Assembly (NCBI GenBank): GCA_963662285.2
Contig: CAXXMV010000008.1
Span: forward strand, 1,504,001-1,568,000
Origin: a bacterium
GTDB lineage: Bacteria; Hinthialibacterota; Hinthialibacteria; Hinthialibacterales; Hinthialibacteraceae
Length of the DNA: 64,000 nt
Direction of reading: 5' to 3'
Part shown: positions 17,125 through 26,548 of the stretch, piece by piece
Layout of the letters: every line of letters starts with the position of its first letter
How positions within the stretch are numbered: position 1 is the stretch's first letter
Notes under the pieces: generated by a model
What the model was told of the DNA's origin: nothing
The model's database searches: none
Seen by the model: the letters and a program-made list of their open reading frames with translations, nothing else
Program-made: the position numbers and the translations under genes

Positions 17125-17430
17125 ATTGACAATTATTAATGATCACTTACACTCCTAATTGATTATGAATACTAGTCTGACTGATCCCGATTCATGGTTG
17201 TAATGGTTTTTATCTTGAAAATTCCCTTTTCCCTTCGGTTGCCATTAGATGCCAGTTCCCCATAGTTGTCTGACAACAGTATAGGAGGATAAGGCGGCAG
17301 ACAACCACGGCGCGAACGTGCCTGAATCTCTCCGGACGTATATCAATAAAAACCTCAAAAATGTAAATAAACGATCAAGCGCTTGTAGAAACAGCCTGTT
17401 ATATTGATTCCAATGAAATGAGAAAGAATT

Positions 17431-19167
17431 ATGAAAAGGTTTTTTGTATTAGGATTGTTTGCGTTATCCGTATGCTCGCTCTCAGCGATCTCAGTGATGG
17501 CGGCTTCATCCATGACGGTAGAAACCAGCGTTTCTTTATCAGATGCGATCGACGCTCCATCAGTTATTGATTCCATCCAGACCATCACTCTTACATTCAG
17601 CGAGCCGCTGAATCCAGAGACCGTTGCCGACGGAGTGAAACTCTACAAGGTGCAATCGACCGGGCAACTGATCGAAGAAACGTGTATCTCCAGTTTTGAT
17701 CATTCCACCCCTACCATCCTGACGATTACCCAACCGGACGGCGCCGCATTCGCAGAAGGCGAGGAATACAAAATCGCCATAAGCAACAACATTCAATCCA
17801 CCAACGGAATGAGTTTGGGAAAAGACTTTACGGGGTATTTTGCCACTAACTATTCATTCATCTTGGGCAGTGAAGGCATCCCGGAATTATACGGTCAGCG
17901 ATCTTTGATCATTTGTATCAGCGATATCCATATAGGAGATGCCAGAACAATCGCCGGGGGATATAACGGATTCGAAAAGAATAAAAAAGCCTTTGTCAAT
18001 TTTTTGAATCAGATTCGATTTTCTCCCAATGTAAAAGAATTGGTAATAGCCGGAGATATGCTGGATGAATGGGTTGGCCCCATGACAGACGACCCCTTAA
18101 ATGGAATGACGGAGTCCGGGTTTTTGGATTCGGTTGCCGCCGCCAACCAAACCGTGATTGACGCACTAAACCACATCATCCAGGACTGGAACGTCAAGGT
18201 AACCTACATCCCCGGAAATCACGATATGCTTGTCTCTTCGGAAGACATGCAGCGAATTTTTCCCGGCATATCAGAAGCGAGAGACGCACAAGGATTAGGC
18301 GCTTATTCCCCGGTGGATCATCCCGAAATCATTATTGAACACGGACATCGGTATGAATTATTCTGTGCGCCCGATCCCATATCAAACCGGTCCATAACGA
18401 ACACCGATTCAATCTTGCCGCCGGGATTTTTTTTCACGCGATGGGCGTATTCGTCGATTATTGAACATCCTTCGTCCACAAATCCATTACCCGATATAAC
18501 TTTCGATGCGGGGGATGAGAACCAATCCGCGTTGGCTCTGTATTGGAATATATGGAATTTAACAATGACCGATTTCCCTGTAACCGGTAATCTGGACGAC
18601 AAGGTGATCAAAACCAATATTAACGGCTATACGGAAACATATGCGATCAATCAATTAATCCCCTATAACCTGGATGGGAATGGCCCGCTTGAAATGAAAC
18701 TATACAAAGAAATCTTCGATTCCTGGGACGAAAGGCAAACCATCAATCAGATACCGGTTAAATATGGGGTAGAGAAAGCAATTTCCGACGAAACCGATTT
18801 AGTAAAGGGCGATTTTAGAGCCTTTAACAACCAGGCAATCCTGCAATACTTTCATAATGAGGCTTCGAATAAGAGAATCGTCGTCTTTGGGCATACCCAT
18901 GCGGCATGTATCGAACCATCGTTTAACCTGAAATCCCAAAAAACGATTTACGCCAACTCCGGAACCTGGCAGGATTTTGGTGATCCCAATTTACCATCCA
19001 TGACTTTTGTGGTAATCACCCCTCAGAAAACGAGCAATTCCACGCCTGAATATGTAACGCTGTATCAATACTCGCAAAGTGGAGAAATCACGAAATTCCC
19101 CAATCAGGCCGCCATCACAAACCTGGAACCGATGTCGAGTTCAAGAAATGGGCAGAATTACAAATAA
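17431..19167 (+). CDS. Secreted metallophosphoesterase with N-terminal Ig-like domain
   Basis: Signal peptide; ITLTFSEPL Ig-like motif; ISDIH, AGD, GNHD, EHGH and GHTH calcineurin-like motifs. Confidence 0.85.
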   Translation: MKRFFVLGLFALSVCSLSAISVMAASSMTVETSVSLSDAIDAPSVIDSIQTITLTFSEPLNPETVADGVKLYKVQSTGQLIEETCISSFDHSTPTILTITQPDGAAFAEGEEYKIAISNNIQSTNGMSLGKDFTGYFATNYSFILGSEGIPELYGQRSLIICISDIHIGDARTIAGGYNGFEKNKKAFVNFLNQIRFSPNVKELVIAGDMLDEWVGPMTDDPLNGMTESGFLDSVAAANQTVIDALNHIIQDWNVKVTYIPGNHDMLVSSEDMQRIFPGISEARDAQGLGAYSPVDHPEIIIEHGHRYELFCAPDPISNRSITNTDSILPPGFFFTRWAYSSIIEHPSSTNPLPDITFDAGDENQSALALYWNIWNLTMTDFPVTGNLDDKVIKTNINGYTETYAINQLIPYNLDGNGPLEMKLYKEIFDSWDERQTINQIPVKYGVEKAISDETDLVKGDFRAFNNQAILQYFHNEASNKRIVVFGHTHAACIEPSFNLKSQKTIYANSGTWQDFGDPNLPSMTFVVITPQKTSNSTPEYVTLYQYSQSGEITKFPNQAAITNLEPMSSSRNGQNYK

Positions 19168-19270
19168 TCCAGGATTAAACGAAAATCGGAGGGGAAAGTC
19201 AATCTACCCTACGTTGCTATTTCACATATTAAAACCCTCAGGCATCACCAGGTAACGGGCGCCAAGTGCC

Positions 19271-19361
19271 CAATGTCATTAAGTTAAGCCACTTGTCCCC
19301 TCTACCACCGGGAGAGGGTTAGGGTAGGGGTACATTCCAATAACTTAATCTAATGATATTA
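19271..19361. mobile_element. IS4-like MITE (91 bp), degenerate right end
   Basis: CAATGTCATTAAGTTAAG ... CTTAATCTAATGATATTA enclosing a CCCCTCT..GGGAGAGGGTTAGGGT palindrome; same family as 62417 and 53621; no clean TSD. Confidence 0.7.
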
Positions 19362-19363
19362 CT

Positions 19364-19410
19364 GGGCGCCAAGGGCAGTGTTTTTTTCTGCCCTTGATTG
19401 AATCACCTAT
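19364..19410 (-). repeat. RAYT-cognate REP (family B)
   Basis: GGGCGCCAAGGGCAGTGTTTTTTTCTGCCCTTGATTGAATCACC; direct copy of the 20221 REP. Confidence 0.85.
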
Positions 19411-19535
19411 TATTTCCAGGGCAAAAAAACGATTCACTAGGAAAACATATCCATCAACGCTTACATCATAGTGGGCTAAGTCTCGTTTTTTTGCTAACCC
19501 TACTTGAGACTCATCGTTGAGCACACCATAAAACA

Positions 19536-20105
19536 TTACATTGTTTTAAAACCACAATCATTCCTAAGAAAATCAAGATATTTATTGCTTCCACCCCATT
19601 TGTTGAATCTCGAATTATCCAATTTTCGATACCATCCTCTTGGATTCCAATTTTGAGATATTTGTAAATCGTCAAGAAAATTCGTCCAATGACGAAATCC
19701 TATTTCAGTATTAAAGAAAAAAAGTAATGGATATAGTTTTGCTTTTGGTGTTTTAGGCCACAATATCTGCGATGAATCGAAAAAATCCATATCGCTTTTA
19801 GCTTTCACAATTCCAATATATTTAATACCGCATTCAGGATGTACGCCTATTGTGGATACAAATAAAACAAGATCATTAACATTTGTTTTGTCATAACTAG
19901 GTTGAGCACGTTTCGGAATGCCCCAGCAATTAAATAATCCATTGGAAAATGAAATGTTAAAGTTTTTGTCTTTCTTAAAAAACTCTTTTTCCTTAGAATT
20001 TTGGGGAAGATTCACCATCAATTCTTCTTTTGTTCGTTTTTTGCTGATTGTGTAATTAATATCGACACTACCTTCTTGTCCAATGTGCATTATAAAAATG
20101 TCCAT
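19536..20105 (-). CDS. AT-rich hypothetical protein, possible PUA/EVE-like fold
   Basis: GGAGG SD before MDIF; CWG...DLVLF...YIGIV...LW...YPL pattern resembles PUA/EVE-type domains (inference). Confidence 0.65.
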   Translation of the reverse strand: MDIFIMHIGQEGSVDINYTISKKRTKEELMVNLPQNSKEKEFFKKDKNFNISFSNGLFNCWGIPKRAQPSYDKTNVNDLVLFVSTIGVHPECGIKYIGIVKAKSDMDFFDSSQILWPKTPKAKLYPLLFFFNTEIGFRHWTNFLDDLQISQNWNPRGWYRKLDNSRFNKWGGSNKYLDFLRNDCGFKTM

Positions 20106-20220
20106 AGAGTTATCCTCCAGTTTCATGATTATATTGATACATAAATACGAATCTATATCTTTGCGAGTCTATTACAATTTAATTTATAAATTAAATAGGC
20201 ATTATAAAAACAAGATAGAC

Positions 20221-20253
20221 GCCAAGGGCAGTGTCCTTTCTGCCCTTGATTGA
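20221..20253 (-). repeat. RAYT-flanking REP, left copy
   Basis: Perfect 33-bp inverted repeat of 20831-20863; internal hairpin AAGGGCAG/CTGCCCTT. Confidence 0.9.
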
Positions 20254-20264
20254 ATCCACCTTTT

Positions 20265-20825
20265 TTATTCCCAGAATTCCCACCAACGATCCACACGGAA
20301 GACAGAATCATCATTCAGTTCATAGTTACGATAACTGGAAAACATCCAATCTTCCGGGGAAGATACAAGATTCCGGGTAACTGGATTCATGTGGCAATAA
20401 TTCAATTTCTCATGCAGTTTTTCAATGGAGAAAACATTGTAATCATAAAACCGGGGCATCCACAATTGGTGAACGTTCATACCTCTCTTACGTAACATTT
20501 TCAACAACCGTTTTGCACTATACCATTTTAGCGCTTGCATAACGGACGAGATACTTATGTCTGCTTGAGGAGCAATCAGAAAATGCGCATGTTCTGGCAT
20601 TAAAACATACCCCAAAACCATGAATCCTTTTTGTATTCTTGCTTTGTTTATGGCTTCTATTGCAACTTCACACGACCACTGTTTCGAGAAGAATGGTTTT
20701 TTATCATAACAAGATGTGGTAACGAAATGGATATGACCGGATTCATTAATCCGGATGGGGTGGATAATTGAGCGGAACTTATTGTCGACTTGTAACGAAT
20801 CATAGGATTGATTTCGTTTATCCAT
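20265..20825 (-). CDS. rayT: REP-associated tyrosine transposase (RAYT, IS200/Y1 HUH family)
   Basis: HFVTT, YVLMPEHAH (HUH), LWMPRFYD, YCHMNPV and WMFSS motifs; flanked by inverted REPs. Confidence 0.9.
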   Translation of the reverse strand: MDKRNQSYDSLQVDNKFRSIIHPIRINESGHIHFVTTSCYDKKPFFSKQWSCEVAIEAINKARIQKGFMVLGYVLMPEHAHFLIAPQADISISSVMQALKWYSAKRLLKMLRKRGMNVHQLWMPRFYDYNVFSIEKLHEKLNYCHMNPVTRNLVSSPEDWMFSSYRNYELNDDSVFRVDRWWEFWE

Positions 20826-20830
20826 GATTA

Positions 20831-20863
20831 TCAATCAAGGGCAGAAAGGACACTGCCCTTGGC
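20831..20863 (+). repeat. RAYT-flanking REP, right copy
   Basis: TCAATCAAGGGCAGAAAGGACACTGCCCTTGGC is the reverse complement of 20221-20253. Confidence 0.9.
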
Positions 20864-20941
20864 ACCCCCACTTCTCATTTTTTAACTTTATAACATATTT
20901 CAAAACATAGTAACAGGGCAGCAAAGCGCCAAGTATAAATC

Positions 20942-22585
20942 CTATTCCTCAGGCCGAACACCCAACCGCTGATTAACTTTAATCTCCTCCAACATCTTCT
21001 CTGTACCATCCACCCAACGAACGCGAATTGATTTAATAATCTCCGCCTCGCCTAATCCGAAGTGTATATCAGCGCTGTTCTGCGAAAGAAAACTATGGCT
21101 CGAATAGAGTTCGGCGATCTGTTTTCCTGAAGACGCTTCAATCTCCACCCGCGCTCCATAGGCGGGCATTGATTTATTGTTCTGCACAGCGATTTGAATC
21201 CAATTGCCGCATTTGCTGCGGTTCTCTAAAAAGAAGGGCTTGCCGTCAAGATTATTGATCACGATATCCAGGTCGCCGTCGCGGTCGAAATCGCCCACAG
21301 CGCAGCCGCGCGACACTCCGGTCAATTGGCTGGCCGGGCCTATTTTATCTGAGACATCCACAAATCTTCCCTTGCCTTTATTATGCATAAGTAAATTTTT
21401 CTGCGCATAACCATTGAGGAATTCCAGTTCATCGGCCAGTGGATAAACATGCCCCGCCGCTACGAACGCATCCGGCCAGACATCGTTATCGAAATCCTCC
21501 AGCAGCATCCCGAAACTGACTTTGGGTGGAGTCCCCTGTCCTAATCCAGTCACAAAAGTCGCATCGACGAACTGAAGGCCGCCTTCGTTGCGGTATAGGA
21601 TGTTATATTCCTTATGATAATTGGCCACAGCAATATCCAAATCCAGGTCGCCGTCAATATCACGCACCGCCACGCCCATACCGCCCTGTTCTTTGCCCCC
21701 ATCGCTCAGGCCGACTCCAGCAATCAGAGAGACTTCATCGAAAAATCCCTGCCCGTCATTTTCATAGAGATGATTGCTGGTGGTATCGTTGGCGATGTAA
21801 ATATCCAGATCGCGGTCGTTATCCAGATCAGTGAAAGTTACGGTGAAAGCGCGGCCAGCGGAGAATGAATTAATCCCGCGCTCTTTTGTTACGTCCTTAA
21901 ACGTACCGTCGCCATTATTTAGAAACAGATTATCGTCAGCAGGTTTATAAGCCGAAGGTCCGATAAAGGCCATGTGTCCATGAAACGGCGCCAGCGTGCC
22001 TTTCTTGTCAGCAATTGCGGTAGAAAAAACAGCGTACTGCCCCACATAAAGATCAAGCAAACCATCGCCGTTGATATCAGCGAACGCTGCGCCGGTGCTC
22101 CAGCCGTTATTCTGAGCGCCCCCCGCGTTTTCAACTTTATTAAACTTACCGGCGCCATCATTAAGATAGAGTTGATTAGGTCCGAAATTAGTCAAATAGC
22201 AATCCAGGTCGCCATCATTATCGATATCTGCGAAATAGGCGCCAGTTCCAAAACCGGCGTCTCCCAGGCCGCTGGCTTCGGTTGCATTGCGGAACGTTCC
22301 GTCTCCCTTATTGAGATACAACTGGTTGCGCGGCGAGGATTCATCGACCTTGCCCATAACATCAGCGCCATTGACAAGGTAAATATCATCCCACCCATCG
22401 CCGTTGATATCCGCCACAGCCACCCCGGCGCCTTTGGCCTCAACAATATATTTTTTCTGAGCTGCGCCATTCTTCTGCTGAAAATCAATTCCCCGCTCCA
22501 AGGCGTTTTCAACAAACTCGAATTGCCCGAACGCCAACGGTGCAGCACACATAAAGCATATTATTAAGAGCGCTAATTTCCTCAT
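20942..22585 (-). CDS. CRTAC1-family FG-GAP repeat protein with ASPIC/UnbV domain
   Basis: Repeated DxDxDGxxD..N motifs; C-terminal HFGLG...VRW. Confidence 0.92.
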   Translation of the reverse strand: MRKLALLIICFMCAAPLAFGQFEFVENALERGIDFQQKNGAAQKKYIVEAKGAGVAVADINGDGWDDIYLVNGADVMGKVDESSPRNQLYLNKGDGTFRNATEASGLGDAGFGTGAYFADIDNDGDLDCYLTNFGPNQLYLNDGAGKFNKVENAGGAQNNGWSTGAAFADINGDGLLDLYVGQYAVFSTAIADKKGTLAPFHGHMAFIGPSAYKPADDNLFLNNGDGTFKDVTKERGINSFSAGRAFTVTFTDLDNDRDLDIYIANDTTSNHLYENDGQGFFDEVSLIAGVGLSDGGKEQGGMGVAVRDIDGDLDLDIAVANYHKEYNILYRNEGGLQFVDATFVTGLGQGTPPKVSFGMLLEDFDNDVWPDAFVAAGHVYPLADELEFLNGYAQKNLLMHNKGKGRFVDVSDKIGPASQLTGVSRGCAVGDFDRDGDLDIVINNLDGKPFFLENRSKCGNWIQIAVQNNKSMPAYGARVEIEASSGKQIAELYSSHSFLSQNSADIHFGLGEAEIIKSIRVRWVDGTEKMLEEIKVNQRLGVRPEE

Positions 22586-22624
22586 TATGGATTCCCCCAA
22601 AAACTCAGTTCGACAACAGTGATC

Positions 22625-23764
22625 CTATTTCAAAACTTCGCTGCTTTGTTCCATTTTCTCGATGGCGGATTGTAAATTATTTTTGATCCGGGGATCTTTA
22701 TTGCCCAGTTCAATCGATTTCTCGAAGGCCTTAACCGCATCTTGGTAATTCCTCAGGAACATCTGACAAACCCCGATGTTATTATAATACTCAGGCTGAG
22801 TGGGATTCTGTTCCACCGCTTTTTGAAACGAGTCCAGGGCTTGCGTATAATCCCTCTGTTGCAAATAAAGCATCCCGATATATCCATAAATCGTTGTTCG
22901 CGTCGGTTCAATTTCCAAACCTTGCTTAAAAGCCTCTATAGCTTTTTCTATATTCTTCTGACGCATATACAGGCCGCCCAGACCAAACCAGTTATCCGCC
23001 TTTTTAGGGTCGCGCCGCACCATACGGAGCGCAATTTTCAATTTATTCTTGAGTTCCAATTTTTCCTGATATTGCTTCAATGCTTTTTGCGATTCATCGC
23101 GCCGCCCCGCTTTAGCCAGAGCCTGCCCCAGCAGACGATAGCCCTCAGGCTCGGTCGGATCAATTTTGATGGATCGCGTCAGTTCTTCTATAGCGGTTTC
23201 ATATTGCTTCAGTTTCACCAGCGTATTGCCCAGCCCGAAATGTCCATGATAACCATCCGGAGCAATCCGGCACATCTCTTGAAAAACGGTTTGCGCTTCA
23301 TCCAGGCGCTGCATTAAAATAAGCAGCTCGCCCAACAGCCTGCGGGGTCGTAGATATTGGGGATCAGCGTCAATAGCTAATTTGTAATTCCGCTCAGCCT
23401 CTGGAAACTCATTAACCATCTTTTGATAATACACTCCGAGCATGGTATATGCTTCAGCACTGGCAGGATCAAGTTGAACTACTCTTTTCAACTGCTGCAC
23501 CGCATCTTCCATTCGCTCCAGACCAATCAACTGCCGCGCCGCCCCCAAATGCCACGCCGCATTATTCTCATCAAGCGCTATGGCTTTCTCATACCAGGAT
23601 AAAGATTCCGCATAAAGATATTGTTTCTCAGCTTTCTGAGCATGATAAATATACACTTTAATATTCGACAAAGGATTATCATCCCCACCTTCGGCGGCAA
23701 GTAATGCGCTGCAATTAATGGACATAATAAATGTAATCAATGATATTTTAATAATGCTTTGCAT
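22625..23764 (-). CDS. Secreted tetratricopeptide repeat protein
   Basis: Signal peptide and multiple TPR consensus repeats; typical partner of CRTAC1 genes. Confidence 0.9.
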   Translation of the reverse strand: MQSIIKISLITFIMSINCSALLAAEGGDDNPLSNIKVYIYHAQKAEKQYLYAESLSWYEKAIALDENNAAWHLGAARQLIGLERMEDAVQQLKRVVQLDPASAEAYTMLGVYYQKMVNEFPEAERNYKLAIDADPQYLRPRRLLGELLILMQRLDEAQTVFQEMCRIAPDGYHGHFGLGNTLVKLKQYETAIEELTRSIKIDPTEPEGYRLLGQALAKAGRRDESQKALKQYQEKLELKNKLKIALRMVRRDPKKADNWFGLGGLYMRQKNIEKAIEAFKQGLEIEPTRTTIYGYIGMLYLQQRDYTQALDSFQKAVEQNPTQPEYYNNIGVCQMFLRNYQDAVKAFEKSIELGNKDPRIKNNLQSAIEKMEQSSEVLK

Positions 23765-23903
23765 GGATTCACCTTTTCAATATCACCTACATAATCAATA
23801 TTCTAAACCATAACGCCAGATTCAAAATATGTTCTTTATTAAGATACCACATTCTAAGCATATATGAAACAATCATAATATAAAAAATTCTTCATTACCT
23901 AGC

Positions 23904-23934
23904 TTGACTCTACCCCTGGGGCGGAGATTATAGT
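23904..23934 (+). promoter_or_regulatory. MerR-type promoter/operator with 19-bp spacer
   Basis: TTGACT, 19 nt, TATAGT, with dyad CTCTACCCC-T-GGGGCGGAG in the spacer. Confidence 0.8.
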
Positions 23935-23962
23935 GTTCATATCACACATTGGACAATGAAAA

Positions 23963-24775
23963 ATGTTTAGTATAGGCGAATTTTCACGCATAACCGGATT
24001 ATCGATCAAAGCCTTGCGGCTCTATCACCAAAAAGAGATTCTAATACCGCATGTGATTGATGCTTCAACCGGATATCGCTACTACAACCATAATAATGTC
24101 GAGACGGCGCGAGTCATTAAAGAACTACGCAACATGGAATTCAGTTTAAGCGATATTCATACAATCATTCAAACTGATTCTAATGATAATGAAATTGTTG
24201 CAGAATTAATAAAGCATAAACAAAATCTTATTAAAAAGATTGATGATCATTCCAACATAGTTAAGAAACTCGATCTGATCATCAAGAACGAAAAGGAGGC
24301 TCAAATGGCGCTGCAAAAGGAAAATCATGAAGTTGAAGAAAAAGTAGTGGATAGCATCCTCATTGCCAGCATTCGCTACAAAGGAAAATACTGTGATTGC
24401 GGTCAGGCATTCGGCAAAATCTATAGAAAAATGGGTCGGCTGGCCTCAGGCAAACCGTTCAACCTCTATTACGACGCTGAATACAAAGAAGATGACGCCG
24501 ACATCGAAAGTTGCGTTCCGGTTAGTAAAGCAAAAGAGTCCGGGGGAATAGTTATTCGCACTTTAGAAGGAGGTAAATGCATCAGCCTGATCCACCAAGG
24601 CCCCTATGATGAACTTGGGCGATCCTACGAAAAAATCATCGCTTACGCAAAAGAGAAAGGCTGCAAAATTTCCATTCCCTCGCGTGAGATTTACATCAAG
24701 GGTCCGGGAATGATTCTCAAAGGAAACCCTAAAAAATACATAACCGAAATCCAAATTATGATTGAGGATGAATAA
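23963..24775 (+). CDS. MerR-family regulator with GyrI-like effector domain
   Basis: FSIGEFSRITGLSIKALRLY...TGYRYY HTH; HQGPYDEL and REIY GyrI motifs. Confidence 0.93.
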   Translation: MFSIGEFSRITGLSIKALRLYHQKEILIPHVIDASTGYRYYNHNNVETARVIKELRNMEFSLSDIHTIIQTDSNDNEIVAELIKHKQNLIKKIDDHSNIVKKLDLIIKNEKEAQMALQKENHEVEEKVVDSILIASIRYKGKYCDCGQAFGKIYRKMGRLASGKPFNLYYDAEYKEDDADIESCVPVSKAKESGGIVIRTLEGGKCISLIHQGPYDELGRSYEKIIAYAKEKGCKISIPSREIYIKGPGMILKGNPKKYITEIQIMIEDE

Positions 24776-24777
24776 AT

Positions 24778-26526
24778 CTAAAACATATCAGCAATCGTCA
24801 GCCAGACGGTTTGATAGGGTGACAGCGTAATGCAGCCGTTTTCCGGGTGGAGAATGTCTTGATTAATCAGGTTGATATATTCAGATTCGCCTTCCAAAGA
24901 AGGAATCTGCCCACCTATCGGCGCCGATATTTCTTCAGAAGTAACATTACTGATGCAAACAATCGTTTCCAGTTTATCCACCGATGTACGACTGAAAGCG
25001 AACAACTGGTCGCCCAAATCATAAACCTTCTGACCTCCATCGGGATGGAAAGCCTCATGTTCAATACGGATTTTCAATAATCTTACTAGTTCATTGAAAA
25101 CTTTGGCATTGACAGTATCCTCATCGCTCAACAATGCCAGCAACTCCGATTCGCGCCATTTCTTACGGTTGATCGAACGCGCCTGCCCTGTTCGATCAAC
25201 ATTAACAAAATCATTGGGTGTTGCGACCAGACTATGAAAATAAAGCGCCGGGATGCCTTTCAAACCCATAGGTATTGTCTGCGAACACAGAAAACGCGGC
25301 GCATGAAATTCACAGTCGGGTTGTCCCGGTTCGGCCAAAGCCGCGAAATAAGTTATATTCAACTCATAAGGACTATCGCTGCCATCCTCATTGCGCTTAC
25401 TGGAAACGAAACCACCACATTGCTGGACTTTAGCAACCAGCTGCGCAATATCTTCCTCAGGCAACAATCCCTCCAAGGGACGCACTCCGATCCCGTCATG
25501 CGAAGCGGTGAAATTTAGAAAAGTACACCCTTCCGGGGCATCGGGAAGATTCATGGCCCAATCAGTTAAATATCGTGCGCTACCGCTAATCAGCGTATGC
25601 AATAACAACGGCGGAAGGCTGAACTGATAGACTATATGGGCTTCGTCGCCCGAACCGAAATAACTGATATTTTCTTCATGAGGTACATTGGTCTCTGTTA
25701 AAATCAGCGTGTTAGGCGCTATCATTTCCAGAAAATCGCGGAATAACCTGACCACTGTATGGGTTTGTGATAAGTGAATGCACGAAGATCCGATCTCTTT
25801 CCAAAGATATGCGATGGCGTCCAACCGGATAATCTGCGCTCCCTGGGAAATATAAAACATAAGAATATCCAGAAACGCAAAAAGCACATCCGGATTAGCG
25901 AAATTCAAGTCAACCTGATCGTCGCTGAATGTGGTCCAGACATAACTTTCTCCGGCAGGCGTGACAACACGGGTTAATAGGGGACTGGTTCTAGGTCTGA
26001 CAACCGCCTCCAGGTTAGCCTCAGGATCGCATTCAATAAAATAATGCCGTGCAGGAGCGATTCCATTGAGAAAATCCCGGTACCAGGCGCTCTTGCTGGA
26101 GCAATGGTTAAGCACCAGATCAAACATAAGCCTAAAATTTTCTGCTAAAGCGCTTATGTTATCCCAGTCGCCAAGTTCGGGATTCACCGCCTTATAATCT
26201 ATCACGGAAAAACCGTCGTCAGAAGAATATGGCGAAAAAGGCAATATATGAACCGCATCAATAGCGCCTTTTAATCTGCCATCCAGAAAACGTTTAAGAG
26301 TTACTAACGGTTTCTCGCCTCTGGCTTGAATCATATCGCCATAAGTAATCAGGACGCTGCTTCTTTGATCCCAACGAGGCTCTAGTTCAGGCAAGTCGTA
26401 TCCTAACGCATAACGGCCCACCAGCATCGACAATCGTTCCATACAATCTTGCGTGCGGGAACCATATAGTTCATTCATGTGATGCTGAATCCGGCGAATA
26501 TAAGGGCTGGAAAATGATTTAATCAT
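24778..26526 (-). CDS. GH13_18 sugar phosphorylase (probably glucosylglycerate phosphorylase)
   Basis: LITYGD, SSDDGF, DLVLNH, RLDAIAYLWK, TETNVP and ASHDGIG motifs; next to gpgS. Confidence 0.85.
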   Translation of the reverse strand: MIKSFSSPYIRRIQHHMNELYGSRTQDCMERLSMLVGRYALGYDLPELEPRWDQRSSVLITYGDMIQARGEKPLVTLKRFLDGRLKGAIDAVHILPFSPYSSDDGFSVIDYKAVNPELGDWDNISALAENFRLMFDLVLNHCSSKSAWYRDFLNGIAPARHYFIECDPEANLEAVVRPRTSPLLTRVVTPAGESYVWTTFSDDQVDLNFANPDVLFAFLDILMFYISQGAQIIRLDAIAYLWKEIGSSCIHLSQTHTVVRLFRDFLEMIAPNTLILTETNVPHEENISYFGSGDEAHIVYQFSLPPLLLHTLISGSARYLTDWAMNLPDAPEGCTFLNFTASHDGIGVRPLEGLLPEEDIAQLVAKVQQCGGFVSSKRNEDGSDSPYELNITYFAALAEPGQPDCEFHAPRFLCSQTIPMGLKGIPALYFHSLVATPNDFVNVDRTGQARSINRKKWRESELLALLSDEDTVNAKVFNELVRLLKIRIEHEAFHPDGGQKVYDLGDQLFAFSRTSVDKLETIVCISNVTSEEISAPIGGQIPSLEGESEYINLINQDILHPENGCITLSPYQTVWLTIADMF

Positions 26527-26548
26527 TATATGTCACATCCCACATTTC

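Noticed and set aside
17160-17345. Possible riboswitch upstream of the phosphoesterase (GTTGTCTG/CAGACAAC stem)
   Set aside because: No recognisable aptamer consensus or expression platform.
19345-19536. 63-aa ORF after the AT-rich gene
   Set aside because: Runs through REP and MITE sequence and has no recognisable motif.
20942-23764. Repetitive sequence in the CRTAC1/TPR genes
   Set aside because: Ordinary protein-level FG-GAP and TPR repeats in a common gene pair.
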